A stretch of 64,000 nt of DNA from positions 1,216,001 through 1,280,000 of the forward strand of contig CBDCOH010000002.1 of the NCBI GenBank assembly GCA_965219685.1. The letters run 5' to 3'. The position numbers and the translations under genes are program-made. The stretch is from Candidatus Spongiisociaceae bacterium (GTDB lineage Bacteria; Actinomycetota; Acidimicrobiia; Spongiisociales; Spongiisociaceae). Positions 30,473 through 39,516 of this stretch are shown in pieces. Numbering within the stretch: the first letter of the stretch is position 1; each line of letters starts with the position of its first letter. The notes under the pieces were generated by a model. It was not told where the DNA came from, searched no databases, and saw only the letters and a program-made list of their open reading frames with translations.

Positions 30473-32365
30473 CTACCGGACCACGGGGAGCGGCGTCTCA
30501 TCGATGAGCTCGTACAGGGTGGAACGCCGCCTGGGAACACGTCCCGATCCCGATATGAGCTCCTCGAACTCCTCCGCGTCGACCTCCTGGCCGTGCGAGG
30601 CGCCGGCAGCTCGCGAGATGGTCTCATTCATGAGGGTCCCGCCGAAATCGTTGCAACCGGCCTCCAGCAGCCGGGCGGCGCCGTCGAGGCCCAGCTTGAC
30701 CCACGAGGCCTGGATGTTGGGGACGAGGCCGTCCAGAGCCAGCCGGGCGACCGCGTGGACGAGTACCACCTCGTCCCAGGTCGGGCCCGGCCGGGCCCGG
30801 CCTCTCAGGTAGATCGGTGCTCCCATGTGGACGAACGGGAGTGGCACGAGTTCGGTGAACCCACCGGTCCGGCGCTGGATCTCGCGTATCACCTCCAGGT
30901 GGTTGGCCCAGGAGAGGGGGTCGTCGATGTGCCCGAACATGATGGTGGAGGTCGACCTCAGCCCGAGTTCGTGGGCGATGAGCATCACCTCGGCCCACTG
31001 GGCGGTGCGGATCTTGTCGGGGCACAGATGCTTGCGGACGCGGTCGTCGAGGATCTCGGCGGCGGTTCCGGGCAGCGTACCCAGCCCGGCCTCTTTGAGC
31101 ATCTCGAGGAACGCCCTCACCGTCATCCCCAGCGTCTCGGCGCCCTGCCAGACCTCCAACGGGGTGAAGCCATGCACGTGTATCCCCGGGACAGCTTCCT
31201 TGATGGACGAGAGGACGTCCACGTAGAACTGTCCCGTGAACTGCGGATGGATGCCCCCTTGGAGGCAGACCTCGGTGGCCCCCCTCCCGGCGGCTTCGGT
31301 GGTGCGCCGGACGACCTCGTCGATGCTCATCAGGTAGGGGTCTCCTCGCAGGTTCAGGCTGCGCGGGCCCTTGGAGAAGGCACAGAAACCGCACCGGAAG
31401 TAGCAGACGTTGGTGTAGTTGATGTTGCGGTTGACCACGTACGTGACGGTGTCGCCGACCCGTGCCCGCCGGAGCGCATCGGCGGTCGCCGCTATGGCGT
31501 CGACGTCGCCCCCGCGAGCCGCCATCAGGGTGGCGGTCTCCTCCACCGAGGGAGGCGACCCTTCCAGGGATGCCTCGAGGATGCCCCGCACCGCTCGGGT
31601 GGCGCCGCCGATATCCGGCCCTGCGGCCGTGGTCCACATCGCGTCCGGCCAGGCGGCCGAGAAGCGCCGAGGGTTCAGGGGCGGTTCGATCGGCATCCCG
31701 GGCGCCCACTCGTAGCGGGGCCGGGCGTACCCGCCGCCGTCGATGAGGTTCAGGTAGACCTTGAACAGGTCCTTCGCGAGCGACTCCCGCGCCTCGTTCA
31801 CCGGGATGCGGGGAGGCACGGCCACCCGCTCGCCGAGACGCCCGCCCACGACCTCGCGCAGCTCGCCGATGCCCTCCGAGTCCCAATCGCGGAGCAGCAG
31901 ATCGGTGGCGCCCGCCCCTACGGCCGCCAGGGCATCGCCGACCGAGTCGACGAACACCGACACCCGGGCGCCTATGGACGGCAGGGCGCAGATCTCGGCT
32001 GCTTCGGCCACCCGGCTACGGCCCGTCCGCAGGTAGGCGGCCTCCGACCTTGCAAGGGCGTCGACCACTGCGGCCCGGTCGGTCGTGTGGATGACCGTGA
32101 GGCGCCAACCGGGAACACCTGCCTCGGACAGAGCCAGCGCATCCTCGGGCTCGACGACCCATCCGATGGCGCCGTCGCCGGTGTGACCGACCGCCACCGG
32201 GATCACTCCCCCGGCCAGACACGCGGCGGTCGATCCGGGGTCGGCAGCGTCCAGTTCCAGGCCCGTGGTGCCCTCTGCCAGCCGGGTGGACGCAGTCACC
32301 TCGGTGACTGCCGTGGCCGGACGCAATCTGAAGAACGTGATATCTGCGGTAACAGCCTCGGTCAT
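30473..32365 (-). CDS. cofH: FO synthase CofH subunit with long N-terminal extension
   Basis: VVNRNINYTNVCYFRCGFCAFS, EVCLQGG, PGTAAEIL, NIQASWVKLG, GGTLMNETISRAAG. Confidence 0.9.
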   Translation of the reverse strand: MTEAVTADITFFRLRPATAVTEVTASTRLAEGTTGLELDAADPGSTAACLAGGVIPVAVGHTGDGAIGWVVEPEDALALSEAGVPGWRLTVIHTTDRAAVVDALARSEAAYLRTGRSRVAEAAEICALPSIGARVSVFVDSVGDALAAVGAGATDLLLRDWDSEGIGELREVVGGRLGERVAVPPRIPVNEARESLAKDLFKVYLNLIDGGGYARPRYEWAPGMPIEPPLNPRRFSAAWPDAMWTTAAGPDIGGATRAVRGILEASLEGSPPSVEETATLMAARGGDVDAIAATADALRRARVGDTVTYVVNRNINYTNVCYFRCGFCAFSKGPRSLNLRGDPYLMSIDEVVRRTTEAAGRGATEVCLQGGIHPQFTGQFYVDVLSSIKEAVPGIHVHGFTPLEVWQGAETLGMTVRAFLEMLKEAGLGTLPGTAAEILDDRVRKHLCPDKIRTAQWAEVMLIAHELGLRSTSTIMFGHIDDPLSWANHLEVIREIQRRTGGFTELVPLPFVHMGAPIYLRGRARPGPTWDEVVLVHAVARLALDGLVPNIQASWVKLGLDGAARLLEAGCNDFGGTLMNETISRAAGASHGQEVDAEEFEELISGSGRVPRRRSTLYELIDETPLPVVR

Positions 32366-33501
32366 CTGATGCCTTCCTTCTGAAGTCGCATAGCGTACCC
32401 ACGGTGATCGGCCGCGTCACGCACCCGTCCTACGAGACCCGGATCGATCCAGTGATCGTCGATGTACTCGGGGTAGATCGGCAGGCGGGGAACCAGTTCG
32501 TAACCTGCGGACTCGGTGCGTTCCTGGAGTTCCGCCAGGTGGGGCCAGGGCGCCTCCGGATTGACCCAGTCGATGGTGAGCGGGGAGACCCCTCCCCAGT
32601 CATTGATCCCGGCGTCCAGGTACACCTCGTACCGCTCGGTCAGGTTCGGAGGGACCTGGAGGTTCATGTCCGGTCCGAGAATCCAGCGGGACACCGCCAC
32701 CACCCGGGCGAACCACGCGGGGATGGGCTCGGCCGAGCGGCGCATGAGGGTGTCGGCCTTGGCCCGGAAGTTCTGGATTATCACCTCCTGGATGTGGCCG
32801 AAGCGGGAATGCACACGGCGCAGGGCGAGGAGGCTGTCGACTATCTCGGGGGTCGTCTCACCGATGCCCACCAGGATTCCGGTCGTGAACGGGACCCTGA
32901 GTGACCCGGCCGCCTCGATGGTGGCCATCCGGAGGGCCGGATCCTTGTCGGGGCAGTTGTGATGGGGCATCCCCGGTTCCATCAGCCGGGGCGAGATGTT
33001 CTCCAGCATCATGCCCATCGAAACGTTGGAAGGTCGCAGGGCAGCCATCTCGTCGGCGGTCATGAGACCGGGATTGGCATGGGGGAACAGTCCCGTCTCG
33101 GCCACTATGAGCTCGCTCATGGCTCTCACGTAGCCGAGGGTCGAGGAGTGGCCTTGAGAGGTGAGGAAACTCCGGGCCTGGGGCCACCGTTCCTCCGGTC
33201 GGTCCCCGAGCGTCAGCAGGGCCTCGCTGCATCCGGCGGCGTCGCCGGCCCTGGCGATCGCCAGAACGTCCTCCGGCGTGAGGTACTCGCCACCCGCACC
33301 CGGTGGCTTGGCGAACGTGCAGTAGGTGCACGTGTCGCGACAGAGCGTGGTGACCGGGATGAACACCTTCGGGCTGAAGGTGATGGTGCGGCCCCTGCCC
33401 TCGTCCCTGAGGAGCCGGGCGTGGTCGAAGAGAGGAGCGGGATCGCGCAGCCCGTCGAGGTACTCGATGGCGAGCTGTCGGTCAGCAGGCGGGTGACCCA
33501 T
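32362..33501 (-). CDS. cofG: FO synthase CofG subunit (radical SAM)
   Basis: FSPKVFIPVTTLCRDTCTYCTF, PHANPG, FTTGILVGIGE, AGINDWGGVSP. Confidence 0.95.
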   Translation of the reverse strand: MGHPPADRQLAIEYLDGLRDPAPLFDHARLLRDEGRGRTITFSPKVFIPVTTLCRDTCTYCTFAKPPGAGGEYLTPEDVLAIARAGDAAGCSEALLTLGDRPEERWPQARSFLTSQGHSSTLGYVRAMSELIVAETGLFPHANPGLMTADEMAALRPSNVSMGMMLENISPRLMEPGMPHHNCPDKDPALRMATIEAAGSLRVPFTTGILVGIGETTPEIVDSLLALRRVHSRFGHIQEVIIQNFRAKADTLMRRSAEPIPAWFARVVAVSRWILGPDMNLQVPPNLTERYEVYLDAGINDWGGVSPLTIDWVNPEAPWPHLAELQERTESAGYELVPRLPIYPEYIDDHWIDPGLVGRVRDAADHRGYAMRLQKEGIR

Positions 33502-33638
33502 TGGCCAGGAATCTAACAGCGCGGACCGTCCGGCCCAACAGGCGCAGAGTCCGCCGCGGTGGCGTTGCCAGAAGACTCTCTACCGGGTAGTCCAAAGCAC
33601 GCCTTTCGCCAAGGCCTGGGGTTAGAGTCTGGCAGAGC

Positions 33639-35252
33639 GTGAAATACAGCTGGTCAGCGCTCCGTGAAGACACCTTCGGAGGTATGACGGCGGCCGTCGT
33701 GGCCCTGCCGCTGTCGCTGGCGTTCGGGGTGGCCTCCGGGCTCGGAGCGATAGCCGGCCTCTACGGGGCCATCGCGGTGGGTTTCTTCGCGGCCGTCTTC
33801 GGCGGTACCAAAACCCAGATCTCGGGTCCGACGGCGCCCCTGGCAGTCGCCATGTCGGTGGTGGTGACCAGCTACGCCGACAACCTGGCCGAGGCGCTCA
33901 CCATCGCCATCTTCGCCGGGATCATCCAGATACTGCTGGGAACGTTGAAACTGGGAAGTTTCGTGGCATACACGCCCTATCCGGTGATCTCGGGGTTCAC
34001 GACGGGCGTGGGCGCCATCATCATCCTCGTACAGAGCATTCCCTTCCTGGGCTCGGAGGTCGCGCTGGGCGGACCGCTGGAATCGGTTCGCCGCTGGCCC
34101 GACGCCCTCGCGAACATTGAGGTCAGCAGCCTGGCGCTCGCGCTCATCACGGTTGCGGTCGCCACCTTCTGGCCGCCGCGGCTCCGAAAGCTACTGCCCC
34201 CCACGGTCGCGGCACTCGTGGTCGGGACCCTGCTGGGGACGTTCTGGCTGCGGGGCGCCCACACCATCGGGGAGGTTCCCACCGGGCTTCCCCGGCCCGA
34301 ACTCCCGGCGATCTCGCTGGAAACCCTGATCGGGGCTCTCCTCCCGGCCGTCACCATCGCTCTGATCGGTTCCATCAACAGCCTGCTCACGGCGCTGGTC
34401 GGTGATTCGATGACAGGTGGTGACCACAACCCGAACCGGGAGTTGATCGGGGTGGGGCTCGGGAACGTGCTCGCCGGGCTGATCGGGGCGATCCCCGGCG
34501 CCGGCGCGACCACCGCCACGGCAGCGAACATAAAGGCCGGGGGGCGAACCCCGGTCTCGGGGGTTCTGTGCGCCACGATCCTCCTGGCGCTGGTCCTGGG
34601 TGTCGGCAGGTACGTCGACACGGTTCCCCACGCGGTACTGGCAGGCATCCTGATGAAGGTGGGCTTCGACATCGTGGACTGGCGTTACCTGCGGCGCTTC
34701 CGTTTCGTCCAGCGGGAGCAGTTTGTCGTGATGATCCTCACGCTGGGCTTCACGGTCTTCGTCGACCTGGTCATCGCAGTGGCCATCGGGCTGATCGCCG
34801 CGGCGATGGCGAGCGCCCGCCAGTTCGAGCGTCTGGAACTGGACCGGGTGATCTCGGTCCCGTTGCTCGACATGACGTTCCTAGGCCCTCCGGAGGACCT
34901 GGACGCGGACTTCGACCCCTTCTCCGCCCGCGTGGGTATGGTCGCGCTCAGGGGTACGTTCACCGCCGCATCCTCCAAGCGCCTGATCACCACGCTCAGC
35001 CTCGACATCCGCGAGCACAAGGTGGTGATCCTCGACTTCACGGACACGGTCTACATGGATGAGAGCGCCGCCCTGGTGGTGGAGCGGATGGTCCACGTCG
35101 CCCACGAGGAGGGCACCGAGTGCATCGTCATGGGCCTTGACGGCGTGGCGAAGACCAGTCTTGAAGCACTCGAGGTACTCCGGCGGGTTCCCGAGGATCG
35201 CTTCGTCGAAACGCTCGACGACGCCAGGGAGGTGGCCAAGCGCCTGCTGTGA
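33639..35252 (+). CDS. SulP-family anion permease with STAS domain
   Basis: VALPLSLAFG, GLYGA, QISGPT, PYPVISGF; STAS VILDFTDTVYMD. Confidence 0.92.
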   Translation: MKYSWSALREDTFGGMTAAVVALPLSLAFGVASGLGAIAGLYGAIAVGFFAAVFGGTKTQISGPTAPLAVAMSVVVTSYADNLAEALTIAIFAGIIQILLGTLKLGSFVAYTPYPVISGFTTGVGAIIILVQSIPFLGSEVALGGPLESVRRWPDALANIEVSSLALALITVAVATFWPPRLRKLLPPTVAALVVGTLLGTFWLRGAHTIGEVPTGLPRPELPAISLETLIGALLPAVTIALIGSINSLLTALVGDSMTGGDHNPNRELIGVGLGNVLAGLIGAIPGAGATTATAANIKAGGRTPVSGVLCATILLALVLGVGRYVDTVPHAVLAGILMKVGFDIVDWRYLRRFRFVQREQFVVMILTLGFTVFVDLVIAVAIGLIAAAMASARQFERLELDRVISVPLLDMTFLGPPEDLDADFDPFSARVGMVALRGTFTAASSKRLITTLSLDIREHKVVILDFTDTVYMDESAALVVERMVHVAHEEGTECIVMGLDGVAKTSLEALEVLRRVPEDRFVETLDDAREVAKRLL

Positions 35253-35287
35253 GCCGGCGGGAGTCCGAACCCGTGACCGGTGATCAG

Positions 35288-35544
35288 CTAGATGAGTGTT
35301 CCAAGGGCTCTGAGTGGAAACGACTGCACCGTACTATCGGTACACAATGCTGAACAGCACATCTGTAGCTTATATACCGCTGTCCTTGGGTTCGGATCCT
35401 ATCGCTTCTACTTCGTGAGCGTACCCCTCGGCGCGACCGCGAAATCTGAACCGCTAACGAGGCCGGACACTAACCTCAATCTAACGCCAACCACCGCTCA
35501 TCTACTACAGACTACCAACTACCGACCTGGAACTAATCATCTAG
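35288..35544 (+). mobile_element. ~255-bp MITE-like element, copy A
   Basis: CTAG-ATGAGTGTTCC...GGAACTAATCAT-CTAG. Confidence 0.8.
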
Positions 35545-36088
35545 GGAGGAGACCGTCGGGTGGGTCGATCCGTAGCCAGCCTCCGGCCTGGTCGACCTCG
35601 GGAACCAGTGCCTCCACGAACGGTATTTCCACGCGGTTGCCCGTCCTGAGCGCGACCACCAGCCTGTCCTGAGCTCCCTGGATGACGTCGCTGACCGCCC
35701 CGACCGGCTCGCAGCCGATCCGCACCTCGAGGCCGACGAGCTGGTCCGGCCAGAACTCCTCCGGCTGCAGCCGGCGCCGGTCCCGTTCGCGTATCAGTAG
35801 CTCGGCGCCGACCAGCCGAGCGGCCGCCTCGGTCGAGGCGAAGCCTGCGAACCCGACTATCAGGCCGTTGGGACCGTCGCGAGCCTCTCGCACAACCAGG
35901 AGGCGGGCCCCTTCGACAGCAGTGTGGAAGACGGAACGAGGGGCGAACCTGTCCGGGTGGTCGGACTCGACCCGCACACGGACTTCTCCGCGCACGCCGT
36001 GCAGGCGGGTTATCCGACCCACCGTCACCATCCCGGACGTTCTCGCAGCGTCGGGCATGGACCCCGCCCCACGTTCGAATCCGGTCAC
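35537..36088 (-). CDS. rimM: Ribosome maturation factor RimM (start GTG 36088 or ATG 36058)
   Basis: VGRITRLHGVRGEV, EFWPDQLVGLEV, IPFVEALVPEVD...IDPPDGL. Confidence 0.93.
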   Translation of the reverse strand: MTGFERGAGSMPDAARTSGMVTVGRITRLHGVRGEVRVRVESDHPDRFAPRSVFHTAVEGARLLVVREARDGPNGLIVGFAGFASTEAAARLVGAELLIRERDRRRLQPEEFWPDQLVGLEVRIGCEPVGAVSDVIQGAQDRLVVALRTGNRVEIPFVEALVPEVDQAGGWLRIDPPDGLLPR

Positions 36089-36104
36089 AGCTGTCCCCCG
36101 CCTC

Positions 36105-36357
36105 CTAGACGAGCAGTCCCGAGCCATCCGATCGAAGCGACCGCATTGAACCATCGGTACACAACGATCCAGATCACAGCTGTGACCCGGATACATCGGT
36201 CTCTCTTTCCACGGGTCAGAAGCCTAGGTTTGTGAGGTACCTTGGCACCGATGTGAACTCGGACAGCCTTTCGAGGCCGGACAACGATGTGATCTAACGC
36301 TAACCGTCGATCACCAACTACCGACTACCAACTAGAGACTAGGAACCAGTCGTCTAG
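36105..36357 (+). mobile_element. ~255-bp MITE-like element, copy B
   Basis: CTAG-ACGAGCAGTCCC...GGAACCAGTCGT-CTAG. Confidence 0.8.
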
Positions 36358-36602
36358 TCGACGAATTCCACGCCGGAGGTCAGGCCTTCCTCCTCTGCCG
36401 CCGCCTGCGCCACGGTCCTGATGGCGCGGGCTACCCGCCCCCCGCGGCCGATGACCCTTCCCATCTCGCCGGCGGCGGTCCTAACCTGGGCGACCACCTC
36501 GTCCTCGCCGCGTTCGACCATGCTCACCTGAACGGATTCCTTGTCGTCCACGATCGACGAGACGACGAAACGCACTACGTCTTCCACTATCTGTCCGGTC
36601 AT
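36354..36602 (-). CDS. khpA: KH-domain RNA-binding protein
   Basis: MGRVIGRGGRVARAIRTV; lies between rpsP and rimM. Confidence 0.92.
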   Translation of the reverse strand: MTGQIVEDVVRFVVSSIVDDKESVQVSMVERGEDEVVAQVRTAAGEMGRVIGRGGRVARAIRTVAQAAAEEEGLTSGVEFVD

Positions 36603-36605
36603 CGC

Positions 36606-37040
36606 TCAATCACCCTGTCCGTTGGTGTCTGGAGTCCCATCGCTGCCTTCCTGGCGAGCCTCGCTCGCCGATGACGGTTCGGGGTCTGGCGGCTCGTCGG
36701 CCGCATCGCCGCTCCCGGCACCCGTCCCCTCGCCCGTCGTGTCCGGAAGAGGATCGTCGTCCAGCCGGTAGACGCCGGCACGCGAAACCTTTGGCCGGCG
36801 TACCGCACCCGAGATCTCGAACAACTTCCGCACCCGTTCGCTGGGTTGGGCGCCGTTACCGAGCCAGTAGCGGGCCCGGTCGTTGTCGATCTCGACCACG
36901 GACGGGGACGGGCGGGGGTCATAGCGACCGATCGCCTCGATGAAACGGCCGTCGCGCGGCGCCCGGGCGTCGGCTACCACCACGCGATAGGTGGGCTGCT
37001 TCTTCTTACCCATACGCTTGAGGCGGATCCTCACCGCCAT
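36606..37040 (-). CDS. rpsP: 30S ribosomal protein S16 with acidic C-terminal tail
   Basis: [24 protein letters not shown]...RDGRFIE. Confidence 0.97.
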   Translation of the reverse strand: MAVRIRLKRMGKKKQPTYRVVVADARAPRDGRFIEAIGRYDPRPSPSVVEIDNDRARYWLGNGAQPSERVRKLFEISGAVRRPKVSRAGVYRLDDDPLPDTTGEGTGAGSGDAADEPPDPEPSSASEARQEGSDGTPDTNGQGD

Positions 37041-37044
37041 ATCG

Positions 37045-38508
37045 TCACCTCTTCCGTTTCTTCTTCTGTAGTTTCTTCGGGGTCCGCGGTCGCTTCCGGG
37101 CCGACCGCGAAGCTGGCCCCGTTCTCCTTCCGCCGGGCCGTGCACCGGCGATCCTCCCGCCCGGGACGGGTCCCGGCATGCCGGGGAAACCGCCTGCCAG
37201 GCCCTGGAGACCTCCGGGTGCCTTCCCCTGGGACAGGGACTGCATCATGCTACGCACCTGGTTGAACTGCTTCAGCAGGCCGGACACGTCCTGGATGGAC
37301 GTTCCCGATCCGAGGGCGATCCTCCGCCTGCGGCTTCCGTTGATGACCCTGGGGTTGGCACGTTCGGCCGGGGTCATCGAGCGGATGATCGCCTCGGAGC
37401 GACGGATCTCCCGGTCCACCACCTGCGTGTCGGCCGGCGCCGAGCGGGTTCCGGGGATCATACCAAGTACTTCGCCCAACGGCCCCATCTTACGCAGGCC
37501 CCGGACCTGCTCGAGGAAGTCCTCGAGTGTGAACTCGGCTCGCAGGAGCCGGTCGGCCATCTCCTCGGCCTGTTCGGCGTCGAATGCCTCCTCCGCCTTC
37601 TCGACCAGGGTGAGTACATCGCCCATCCCCAGGATGCGCGATGCCATCCTCTCCGGATGGAACACCTCGAGGTCGTCGGGGCGCTCGCCTGTCCCGACCA
37701 GCTTGATTGGACACCCCGTGGCCTCCCTCACCGAGATAGCCGCTCCGCCCCTGGCGTCGCTGTCCAGCTTGGACAGGAGCACTCCCGTTAGCCGGGTGTG
37801 CAGGAGAAAGCCCCTGGCCACCGAAACGGCCTCCTGGCCCGTCAGCGCGTCGACGACCAGCAGGACCTCGTCGGGGTCGGCCACCCTGGTGATGGCAGCC
37901 AGCTCGCGCATCAGGCCCGGGTCGATCTGGAGCCGCCCGGCCGTGTCCACCACCACCACGTCGAAGGCCGCGTCCCGGGCGTGGCGCATGGCGTTCCTGA
38001 CCAGCGTGACCGGGCTCCGCTGCCGGCCGGTGAACACCGGCGCTCCAATCTGCTCTCCCAGCAACCGGAGTTGCTCGACCGCTCCGGGTCTCACGAGGTC
38101 GGCAGCCACCAGCAGGACCCGCTTCCCGGAGCGCTGGTGCCAGCGGGCGACCTTGGCGGCCGAGGTGGTCTTGCCCGATCCCTGCAGACCCACCATCAGG
38201 GTCGTGAGGGGCTTGGTGCTGGCGGGCTCGAGCGGCACGGCCTCTGCGCCGAGGGTTTCGATCATCGCGTCGTGCACGACCTTGACCACTTGGTGGCCCG
38301 GAGACACGCTGCGGAGCACCTCCGCCCCGACGGCCCTGCGTCGGATCCGGTCGAGCAGGCTCCGGACCACTTCGATGTTGACGTCGGCTTCGAGGAGGGC
38401 GACACGCACCTCTGCCAAGGCCTCGTCCACATCGCGCTCGCTCAGCCGCCCCCGGCCCCGGATGCGGTCGAAGACCCCTTCGAAGCGTGCGGTCAGGGAT
38501 TCGAACAA
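37045..38508 (-). CDS. ffh: Signal recognition particle protein
   Basis: TTG start FESLT; [39 protein letters not shown]. Confidence 0.97.
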   Translation of the reverse strand: MFESLTARFEGVFDRIRGRGRLSERDVDEALAEVRVALLEADVNIEVVRSLLDRIRRRAVGAEVLRSVSPGHQVVKVVHDAMIETLGAEAVPLEPASTKPLTTLMVGLQGSGKTTSAAKVARWHQRSGKRVLLVAADLVRPGAVEQLRLLGEQIGAPVFTGRQRSPVTLVRNAMRHARDAAFDVVVVDTAGRLQIDPGLMRELAAITRVADPDEVLLVVDALTGQEAVSVARGFLLHTRLTGVLLSKLDSDARGGAAISVREATGCPIKLVGTGERPDDLEVFHPERMASRILGMGDVLTLVEKAEEAFDAEQAEEMADRLLRAEFTLEDFLEQVRGLRKMGPLGEVLGMIPGTRSAPADTQVVDREIRRSEAIIRSMTPAERANPRVINGSRRRRIALGSGTSIQDVSGLLKQFNQVRSMMQSLSQGKAPGGLQGLAGGFPGMPGPVPGGRIAGARPGGRRTGPASRSARKRPRTPKKLQKKKRKR

Positions 38509-38603
38509 GGCAGGTTTTCTCCTGGGGCGGCGGCCGGCAACCATCATATCCCGGGCCGGGCGGGTACCCTTACCCGGAGCGGCAGCCACACCCAGGAGCA
38601 CAG

Positions 38604-39224
38604 TTGGGAATCACCGTCCTCGACCATCCGCTGAACCATCACTACCTGAGCATCCTCCGGGACAGGACGACGGAGCCGGAGGAGTTCCGCAACACGACGC
38701 GCCGTCTCGCCTACCTCCTGCTGACGGAGGCGACCACCTCGGCGGAGTTGGAGGCTTACTCCCTCGAGACGCCGCTGGTGGTCACGACGGGCCAGAGGCT
38801 GGCGCGGCCCGTGGTGGCCGTGGCGGTGCTCAGGGCCGGGTTGGGACTGATCGACGCGGTCATCGACCTGATGCCGGACGTGGCCGTCGGTTACGCCGGC
38901 GTCCAGCGGGACGAGGAAACCGCCCGACCGATGGAGTACTACACCAAGTTTCCCGAGATGGCAGGCCGTACGGTGCTGGTTCTCGAGCCGATGCTCGCTA
39001 CCGGGGGGTCCCTTTCCTGGGCCGTGGAGCGGGTCAAGCAAGCCGGCGCCGAGGACATCGTGGCGCTCTGCGTGGTCGCAGCCCCGGAAGGGGCCGCGCG
39101 GATGGAGAGGATCCATCCGGATGTCAGGGTCGTGACTGCGGCAATGGACTCCCACCTCAACGACCACTACTACATCGTGCCCGGTCTGGGGGACATGGGA
39201 GATCGGCTGTTCGCCACGCTGTGA
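38604..39224 (+). CDS. upp: Uracil phosphoribosyltransferase
   Basis: VLRAGLG, RDEET, PMLATGGS, YIVPGLGDMGDR. Confidence 0.95.
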   Translation: MGITVLDHPLNHHYLSILRDRTTEPEEFRNTTRRLAYLLLTEATTSAELEAYSLETPLVVTTGQRLARPVVAVAVLRAGLGLIDAVIDLMPDVAVGYAGVQRDEETARPMEYYTKFPEMAGRTVLVLEPMLATGGSLSWAVERVKQAGAEDIVALCVVAAPEGAARMERIHPDVRVVTAAMDSHLNDHYYIVPGLGDMGDRLFATL

Positions 39225-39514
39225 GATCGGGTTCCGGTTTCCGGGAACGGGTGGAGGCGGCGGTGGCAGGCCTGGAACCGGGAGATGTGGCCACGTACGG
39301 CGAGATAGCGGCGCTGGCGGGGAGGCCTGGAGCGGCCCGAGCAGTGGGGAACCAGCTGGCAGGATCCACCGGGCTGCCCTGGTGGCGGGTCGTAACCGCT
39401 ACGGGACGGCTCGTTCCGGGAATCGAGGCGGAACACGCTGCTCGCCTGACGGCTGAAGGGGTGGCTCTCGAAGGTGGCCACGTGGCCGGCCTGCGCCGCC
39501 GGGAGGGAGGCTGA
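39221..39514 (+). CDS. Alkyltransferase-like (ATL/MGMT family) protein
   Basis: TYGEIAALAGRPGAARAVG...PWWRVV (Trp in place of the active Cys). Confidence 0.85.
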   Translation: MRSGSGFRERVEAAVAGLEPGDVATYGEIAALAGRPGAARAVGNQLAGSTGLPWWRVVTATGRLVPGIEAEHAARLTAEGVALEGGHVAGLRRREGG

Positions 39515-39516
39515 AG

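Noticed and set aside
30593-32383. 596-aa plus-strand ORF and similar long antisense ORFs (1463-2971, 6305-7936, 9750-11471, 41013-42665, 60569-62131)
   Set aside because: Typical high-GC shadow frames opposite well-supported genes.
36089-36196. N-terminal extension of rimM
   Set aside because: It runs into MITE copy B and upstream of the AGGAGG RBS.
36606-36780. Acidic tail on S16
   Set aside because: C-terminal extensions of S16 are common in actinobacteria.
37178-39220. 778-aa plus-strand ORF
   Set aside because: Antisense shadow of ffh and off-frame to upp; only the last ~97 codons (ATL protein) are real.
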